Source of the DNA: Patescibacteria group bacterium
Lineage (GTDB): Bacteria > Patescibacteriota > Microgenomatia > UBA10105 > UBA927
Assembly: GCA_035510735.1 (NCBI GenBank)
Contig: DATKGN010000013.1
Coordinates: 128,596 to 192,595, forward strand
Direction: 5' to 3'
Length of the DNA: 64,000 nucleotides
Both the position numbers and the translations under genes were made by a program. Every line of letters starts with the position of its first letter. The stretch's first letter is position 1. Below, piece after piece: positions 58,440 to 64,000 of the stretch. Below the pieces are notes generated by a model, which was not told the origin of the DNA, ran no database searches, and worked only from the letters and a program-made list of their open reading frames with translations.

Positions 58440-59123
58440 ATGACCAATGATGGCCAATTCAAGCCTACCCCAAAAGACGTTGCCTTAGGGCAGGAACAAA
58501 CTCCCGAAATTTCAAAATATGGGCAAATCGCCCTTTCTATAATTGATGGGGCGCAAATAGGGATGCAGCGCGTTATTGAGCTAGATCATGCCTTAGATAC
58601 ACGTGATCTGAATTTCTTACATCATAATTATACTTCTCTCAATATTGAGTATCCTTTTTCGCCTGTACTGAATTTCGGCGACTTGGACGATCCAGAAAGG
58701 CCCTGTGAGATTACCTTACTCGTCATATCTCAAAACGCGGGCGCTGGAGATCGTGTACCGCTATCGTATGGAGAGCGGATCATTTTTGGAAAAGGCATGG
58801 CTCTCGATTTATTGTCAAAGGTGAAGCCGGGTGAAACAGCTAAAATAGAAGGAAAAGGTACATATCGGGTACATTCACAGACACGTACTCCGGACAGTGA
58901 AATATCTCATGATCCGAGGGTGAATTTCAATAGAAAAAATACGGTGGGATTAACCTTAGAACTGGAATTAACAAACGATGCGAAAAAAGTTGTTTTCCGT
59001 TTTAGTACAAGAAAAACGGACAGGATATTTGTCGCCCAGGAACTTACGTTTGAAAAGGGCGTAATTCCGAAAATTTCAAGAGCACTTTCATCAATAAGCA
59101 GGTTTGGGAGAAACAGGAAGTAA
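58440..59123 (+). CDS. Hypothetical protein (227 aa)
   Basis: ORF only; transcribed divergently from the kinase gene. Confidence 0.45.
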   Translation: MTNDGQFKPTPKDVALGQEQTPEISKYGQIALSIIDGAQIGMQRVIELDHALDTRDLNFLHHNYTSLNIEYPFSPVLNFGDLDDPERPCEITLLVISQNAGAGDRVPLSYGERIIFGKGMALDLLSKVKPGETAKIEGKGTYRVHSQTRTPDSEISHDPRVNFNRKNTVGLTLELELTNDAKKVVFRFSTRKTDRIFVAQELTFEKGVIPKISRALSSISRFGRNRK

Positions 59124-59157
59124 ATTTTCAAATCGACACCCATCGACTCCTATTCGA

Positions 59158-59466
59158 CTACGCAAGGCTAGGCTCAGGATGATACTTTTTTAGATGAATT
59201 GTGTTTCCTGCAACAAGTGCTTCTTTCTTTGCCCGTGGCCATGTTTTGAGTTGGGTTTCCCTGTGCATTGCTGCTTTGCGAGAAGCGAAATGCTCCTCAT
59301 GTATTAATTCAACGGAATCAAAATACCGTACATATCGGGCTGATTTACTCCCCTTACTCTTATGTTCTTTGAGCCGTCGGGTCATGTTATTCGTCTGACC
59401 GGTGTAGAGCGTGTTTGCGGACGTGCGCAGGATATAGACGGTAAACGGTTTCTTCGTTCGTTTCAT
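59158..59466 (-). CDS. GIY-YIG nuclease domain protein (stand-alone, UPF0213-like)
   Basis: VYILRT...LYTGQTNNMTRRLKEH...R GIY-YIG signature. Confidence 0.75.
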   Translation of the reverse strand: MKRTKKPFTVYILRTSANTLYTGQTNNMTRRLKEHKSKGSKSARYVRYFDSVELIHEEHFASRKAAMHRETQLKTWPRAKKEALVAGNTIHLKKYHPEPSLA

Positions 59467-59481
59467 GATATTAACTTCGTA

Positions 59482-60585
59482 TTATCGTCCATATTTTTGA
59501 ATTCCTGATTTTACAAGCTGGTACGATGTTTCGGAATTGTCTATATTTTCCGCATCCATAAAACTGAAGGCGAACAGGCCGTTATGAATAAGTTTTCGCA
59601 TCACATCATCAGTGAAAAGCATCCGCATGTCGGCATTGAATACATCCTCCGATCCGCTTGACGGTTTATAGTGTGAAAGCATCACCGGTTTGCCGTACGC
59701 CCCAAGAATACTGGTCATATCGAGCATCTCCTGGATGTTCGTGTCCGATTCCATCGTCTGGAAATCCGTAAAGTCAGAATCCCGCAGGACATCCGCAAAA
59801 TACGGAAATAGCGACAGCCCTCCTTTATTCACCTGGTCATCATATCTGCTTTGCCACCCGCCCCATGAGAGCGCAACCTTCGAGTGCGGCGCATACTGGT
59901 GGAAAATATCCTTAATTTTTCGGAAATTATCCTTGAGCGTATTGAAATAATTTTCATTGCCTATCCAATTATTATCGGTACAGGTGAATGATTGAAATTC
60001 CGTAAACAGCGACACATAGAGAGGACCGCTTCCGTTATAAATCTGCGCTAATTGCTTCATATCGTCGAGGATTTGAGTTGAAACCGGATACGGCCGGCCA
60101 CATGCAGTGCCGTAGGGAGTCTGTATCGTCTCCTCCGGAAGGTCAGTCCAGGTGATGAGATGGACGACAAACCCAGCGGCATATAGTCTTGGAATCAGGT
60201 CGTTTTGTTGGACCCGCATCCACTCAAGATCTTTAGGGCCGTTATACCAACTGGTGAGCATATGGACCGGCGCTTCTTTAACAAGCCGGAAATCCATGGC
60301 GGGCCCTGCCTGTGAACCGATGCCAAAAAGAATTTTTAGCGGCGGCGCTGGAACGGGAGTATTTGTCGGGGTAACCGTCGCCGTCGGAGTCATGGTGTTT
60401 GTCGGAATAGGAGTATTAGTAACTGTGGGCTGAGTTGTTACTATTGGCTGTTTGACAGAAAGTATATTGATGTTCCGCCCTGATCGTAGTAATAAAATAG
60501 AAGAGTATATCAATACTACACAGAGTAATCCGACGCCAATACCTATTTGTACATTTCTACCTACCCGCAATCTCATCCATTTCAT
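59482..60585 (-). CDS. Secreted Pro/Thr-linker protein with putative glycoside-hydrolase-like (TIM-barrel) domain
   Basis: TM anchor, a TPxPT repeat linker, then a roughly 280-aa domain with W/Y/E-rich pattern suggestive of GH26/GH5-like enzymes (weak). Confidence 0.35.
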   Translation of the reverse strand: MKWMRLRVGRNVQIGIGVGLLCVVLIYSSILLLRSGRNINILSVKQPIVTTQPTVTNTPIPTNTMTPTATVTPTNTPVPAPPLKILFGIGSQAGPAMDFRLVKEAPVHMLTSWYNGPKDLEWMRVQQNDLIPRLYAAGFVVHLITWTDLPEETIQTPYGTACGRPYPVSTQILDDMKQLAQIYNGSGPLYVSLFTEFQSFTCTDNNWIGNENYFNTLKDNFRKIKDIFHQYAPHSKVALSWGGWQSRYDDQVNKGGLSLFPYFADVLRDSDFTDFQTMESDTNIQEMLDMTSILGAYGKPVMLSHYKPSSGSEDVFNADMRMLFTDDVMRKLIHNGLFAFSFMDAENIDNSETSYQLVKSGIQKYGR

Positions 60586-60638
60586 GAGATTAAATCATAA
60601 CAAAGGTGTGGGTGTTTAGCCAATCCTATGAATACGTG

Positions 60639-61337
60639 TTACTTAATTCCGAAGAGCGAGCCGACTCCGGCGGTGAGCGCCATAGCAAATATACCCCAGA
60701 ATGCAACACGAAGAGCCCCTCTCCACATGCTCGCGCCGCCGGTATATGCTGCAACCGCTCCCAACAGTATGAGAAACAAAATTGATGCACCGGAAACGAA
60801 GGGGATTAACAGATGAGCGGGCACAATAAGAGCGATAACGAGAGGCAGTGCTCCACCGACAGAGAAGGTGCTAGCGGATGCGACCGCAGCCTGAACTGGC
60901 TGGGCTTTCACCCGTTCCGAAATGCCGAGTTCATCGCGGGCGTGAGCCGCGAGGGCATCATGACGCATGAGCTGATCAGCGACTTTGCGGGCGAGCGGAA
61001 GGTCAAGGCCGCGCTTGGTGTAGATTGACGCCAGTTCTTCCCGCTCATACGTTTTATTCTCGGCGAGCTCTTTTTTCTCCCGTGCGATATCCGCGTCTTC
61101 GGTATCCGTCTGAGAACTCACCGATACATACTCCCCCGCCGCCATGGACATGGCGCCCGCGATCAGTCCCGCGATTCCGGCAATCACTATATTGCTGTGA
61201 CTGGTATTTGCCGCCGCAACACCGACCATAAGACTCGATGTCGAGACGATGCCGTCATTGGCGCCCAGAACGGCAGCCCGGAGCCATCCGACACGATGAA
61301 TAAAATGCCGTTCGGTAATATATTCCGTATTTTTCAT
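60639..61337 (-). CDS. VIT1/CCC1 family iron/manganese transporter
   Basis: GANDGIVSTSSLMVGV and SMAAGEYVSVSSQ VIT-family motifs. Confidence 0.8.
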   Translation of the reverse strand: MKNTEYITERHFIHRVGWLRAAVLGANDGIVSTSSLMVGVAAANTSHSNIVIAGIAGLIAGAMSMAAGEYVSVSSQTDTEDADIAREKKELAENKTYEREELASIYTKRGLDLPLARKVADQLMRHDALAAHARDELGISERVKAQPVQAAVASASTFSVGGALPLVIALIVPAHLLIPFVSGASILFLILLGAVAAYTGGASMWRGALRVAFWGIFAMALTAGVGSLFGIK

Positions 61338-61486
61338 AAGGTCTTTAGCGCTATTGTACCACCTTTAGTCAGAGTCTTATAAACTCAAAAACGCTTTTTG
61401 GGGTATAATAGAGCTTACTTGCGGGTGCATCATCCGCAAAATCTAATAGTTTATTGCGGGATCGAAATTAAAATAGTGAGCAACGG

Positions 61487-61557
61487 TGCGGGATCGTATA
61501 ATGGTAGTACGCATCCCTCTGGAGGATGTTATCTAGGTTCGAATCCTAGTCCCGCAG
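61487..61557 (+). tRNA. tRNA-Gln (anticodon CTG), no encoded CCA
   Basis: Manual fold: acceptor TGCGGGA/TCCCGCA (U1-A72 and G73, as in bacterial tRNA-Gln), D-stem GTAT/GTAC, anticodon stem CATCC/GGATG with loop CTCTGGA (U33, CUG), T-arm CTAGGTTCGAATCCTAG. Confidence 0.8.
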
Positions 61558-61634
61558 CACTGTTCACTATACAAAACATAGACCAATTCTCCTTTAATGG
61601 ATTACGTTTACTCTTAATAAGAGTAAACCATTTT

Positions 61635-62393
61635 ATGGATTTTGATATTGCAACATATAACGCACAGAAATACCCTTGGTATTCCCCTCATTTTGTTATT
61701 AGAGCAATGAGTTTACTTACAAAGTTGTATGGAGCAAACGTTGAAGATAAGCGTGAATTTCAACTAGCTAGAGAAATGTTTGATTCAGCAGCAGCCTTGT
61801 TAGGAGTGTATGAGCTGCACAATGATAATAAATACTTTTTGCAGCCAAATTTACAAAGCGCGTCACCAGATGTAGTAGCTGCAAAAAATACAGAGATGGT
61901 TGACGCTCCTGTTGTGTTGGAAGAAACAAATTTAGAATTAGTAAGAATGAACGAATATGCGGGTACAGATGACGTTGTAGAGTTTCTAAAAAGAACAAAA
62001 CTTTCTAGTAAAAAAAGCTATGACAATAAAACCCTCATTTTATGCGTCATAAGTAAAAAAATACAAATTAACATACAAAAAATTGCTGATAGTTTGAGAG
62101 AAATTAACCCTAAACCTAAATCGACAATTTATATTTTAGGAATACTTCAAGGAGATAAGGATAGATGGACTATATTTTCTCCTTATCCCGATCTTGTTCC
62201 CCCAGTAATTTATAGTTTGGCAGAAACAATTAAAAAATATCAGCTACCTGGTTCTGTAACTATGCATAGAGGGTCAGTAAAGAAAATAACATATGAAAAA
62301 ATGGATAAACAATTAACAACCACTGTATATGAAGTGTTCAATATTGATGAGTATCAAGTACAGAAATATAAGATCGTACGAGGTACGAGATGA
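61635..62393 (+). CDS. Hypothetical protein (252 aa) in a distinctly AT-rich segment downstream of tRNA-Gln
   Basis: The ORF track gives 61398-62393, but that frame reads through the tRNA. Start taken at MDFDIATYN (61635), just after the palindrome GTTTACTCTTAaTAAGAGTAAAC. Lys/Ile/Asn-rich composition. Confidence 0.5.
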   Translation: MDFDIATYNAQKYPWYSPHFVIRAMSLLTKLYGANVEDKREFQLAREMFDSAAALLGVYELHNDNKYFLQPNLQSASPDVVAAKNTEMVDAPVVLEETNLELVRMNEYAGTDDVVEFLKRTKLSSKKSYDNKTLILCVISKKIQINIQKIADSLREINPKPKSTIYILGILQGDKDRWTIFSPYPDLVPPVIYSLAETIKKYQLPGSVTMHRGSVKKITYEKMDKQLTTTVYEVFNIDEYQVQKYKIVRGTR

Positions 62394-62547
62394 TACTCCA
62401 TAGGAGTTACGTTATAACGATAGTAAAATCCGTGACCGGCACACTCAAGCACTGCTCAGTATATAAACCGTGAAGCGATAACGAAGTAAAGACCCCTGCG
62501 CTTAATGCAGCTCCTGCATATACACTTAAAAATGTGAGAGATGAAGA

Positions 62548-63762
62548 CTACTCGTACCGTAGCGCGTCAATCGGGGAAAGCTGTGCAGCCTTTCGGGCCG
62601 GATACAATCCAAAGATGATTCCAATGAGAGTGGATACACCAACCGCCAGCAATATAGACTTAATCTGAAAGACAAATGGAACGCCAATAATTTTAGATAC
62701 GATAAGTGCAAGCAATTCGCCTAGGACGATTCCGACGACCCCACCAGTAAATGTTAACACTATTGATTCAATGAGAAACTGAATTAATATATCCTTTTGT
62801 TCCGCACCTATTGCCTGAAGTAATCCGATTTCTTTTGTACGTTCCGTAACAGTAACCATCATGATGTTCATAATGCCTATTCCTCCCACAATGAGTGAGA
62901 TACTAGCTATACCGGCGAGCATTGCCGTAAGAGTGCTCGTTACACTGCTGAGTGTAGATTGCGTATCTTTTGACGTACTGATATTAAAATCAGCCGTCCC
63001 GTTCTCTGCTATCTGGTGTCTATCCATTAGAGCACTCTTTATATTTTCGCTAACCGCATCGACTTTATTAGGATCATCTGTGACGACCTGAATTGAATCC
63101 ACGTTATTTTGACCACTGAGGATTTGCATCATGGTGGTAACAGGAATATAGACTGCTTCATCAGGATTTGAAAATCCGCTACTTCCTTTGGATTTTGCAA
63201 CACCGATTACTCGAAAGACTTTTCCGTCTATCGTAATATTTTGATTTAGTGCTTCTGCTGTCGCGTCTTCTCCGAATAAATCAGTTACAACATCGGGACC
63301 TAACACTGCAACCTTTGCCGTGCCTTGCTCATCTTCTTCTTCAAAAAATGACCCTTGATCGATAGTTATTGATTGCACGGTTGGATACCCATAGGATACA
63401 CCCTGCACTGATAGATTTTTATTCTCACCATTACCCACAATTTGGTAGTTTTTTTGCACGACCGCCGAAACTGCTGCAACATTTGGCAAGACGGCCAAAG
63501 CGGATGCGTCATCACGCGTCAGCGTCGTAACATTTCCGCTTTGCACGGGACCACGCTGTTCTGCACCAGGTCTAATGGTAATCAAATTAGATCCAAGTGC
63601 GGAAATAGACGATGTTATTGACGAAGTCGATCCTTGTGCTAGCGCGATGATGAGAATCACTGAAGCAATACCGATAACTATACCAAGCATGGTAAGCAAG
63701 GTCCGAAAAATATTTCCCCGTAAGGCTTGAATAGCGGTAAGAAATAATTCTGAATAATTCAT
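62548..63762 (-). CDS. ABC transporter permease, MacB/FtsX-like
   Basis: N-terminal TM, large periplasmic MacB_PCD-like domain and C-terminal FtsX 3-TM bundle. Confidence 0.85.
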   Translation of the reverse strand: MNYSELFLTAIQALRGNIFRTLLTMLGIVIGIASVILIIALAQGSTSSITSSISALGSNLITIRPGAEQRGPVQSGNVTTLTRDDASALAVLPNVAAVSAVVQKNYQIVGNGENKNLSVQGVSYGYPTVQSITIDQGSFFEEEDEQGTAKVAVLGPDVVTDLFGEDATAEALNQNITIDGKVFRVIGVAKSKGSSGFSNPDEAVYIPVTTMMQILSGQNNVDSIQVVTDDPNKVDAVSENIKSALMDRHQIAENGTADFNISTSKDTQSTLSSVTSTLTAMLAGIASISLIVGGIGIMNIMMVTVTERTKEIGLLQAIGAEQKDILIQFLIESIVLTFTGGVVGIVLGELLALIVSKIIGVPFVFQIKSILLAVGVSTLIGIIFGLYPARKAAQLSPIDALRYE

Positions 63763-64000
63763 GATTCTATAGTGCTCCGTACTTGTTTATTTGATTTATC
63801 AGTCAAGACTAAACCATCTTTAAGCATAATTATTCGCTTGGCATACGCAGCGATGTCCGGTTCGTGCGTTATAACGACAACCGTTTTTCCCTGATCATTC
63901 ATTTTTTGTAAAAAGGACATAACTTCATGAGAAGTCTTACTGTCTAAATTACCCGTTGGTTCATCGGCAAGTATCATCGTAGGGTTCATAACAAGCGCCC
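63759..64000 (-). CDS. ABC transporter ATP-binding protein (MacB-type partner; C-terminal part, the gene continues beyond the window end)
   Basis: ILADEPTGNLDS (Walker B/D-loop) and ITHEP (H-loop). The ORF is open to the window edge. Confidence 0.8.
   Translation of the reverse strand, partial: ALVMNPTMILADEPTGNLDSKTSHEVMSFLQKMNDQGKTVVVITHEPDIAAYAKRIIMLKDGLVLTDKSNKQVRSTIES

Noticed and set aside
61487-61557. Initial reading of this tRNA as tRNA-Pro (TGG)
   Set aside because: Careful loop numbering puts U33 followed by CTG at positions 34-36. With U1-A72 and G73 it is tRNA-Gln(CTG).
61398-61634. 5' extension of the 331-aa ORF given in the track
   Set aside because: The extension reads straight through tRNA-Gln. 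The gene is more plausibly started at the ATG at 61635.
1-64000. CRISPR arrays, rRNA genes, intact transposases or integrases
   Set aside because: A scan for short regularly spaced direct repeats, rRNA-like conserved blocks and DDE/tyrosine-recombinase motifs found none. The only repeat family is the two-copy element of about 270 nt.

Overview
The window appears to be chromosomal DNA from a small-genome, host-dependent bacterium, most plausibly a CPR/Patescibacteria-like lineage; this is an inference. It rests on the following observations: proteins are short and often lack biosynthetic roles, there is a lamin-tail-domain surface protein with a Pro/Thr-rich linker, and a class I lysyl-tRNA synthetase is present. 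Fe-S and 2-oxoacid:ferredoxin redox genes are present, tRNAs carry no encoded CCA, and many small membrane or secreted hypothetical proteins occur.

Recognisable content:
- Partial class I LysRS, GreA, tRNA-Glu(CTC), cold-shock protein, two GNAT acetyltransferases.
- Glycogen metabolism: alpha-glucan phosphorylase and glycogen synthase.
- Lon protease and a class A beta-lactamase-like hydrolase.
- A long minus-strand redox/Fe-S gene run (18.9-27.4 kb, co-transcription inferred): sufC, sufB, sufD, Rieske, sufS, sufU, ferredoxin, korA, korB.
- A zur-znuABC operon with a consensus sigma70 promoter overlapped by a perfect 12-bp inverted-repeat operator.
- A cell-envelope glycosylation cluster: acyltransferase_3, GT2, DUF2079.
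- A DUF318 permease paired with a DUF1980 partner, VIT1/CCC1, MFS and MacB-type ABC genes, tRNA-Gln(CTG).

Most notable non-coding signals:
- A roughly 260-280 nt element present twice in direct orientation, at 26.28 kb (inside the suf operon between sufC and sufB) and at 37.27 kb. Both copies share conserved flanks, a variable core and long-range complementary segments, so it is a candidate structured ncRNA or MITE-like repeat.
- A shared AT palindrome, TTGTAATATATATTACA, upstream of two minus-strand gene starts.
- A 13-bp-arm palindrome upstream of an 88-aa gene.

Candidate accessory or novel loci:
- tRNA-Glu-adjacent hypotheticals, including a zinc-ribbon protein with an unrecognised C-terminal domain.
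- An AT-rich orphan gene next to tRNA-Gln.
- A lower-GC block carrying an APH-like kinase, co-oriented unknown partners and a GIY-YIG protein.
- A DHFR-like plus CofE-like pair beside a queuosine-precursor transporter.

No CRISPR array, rRNA or intact IS/transposase was seen.
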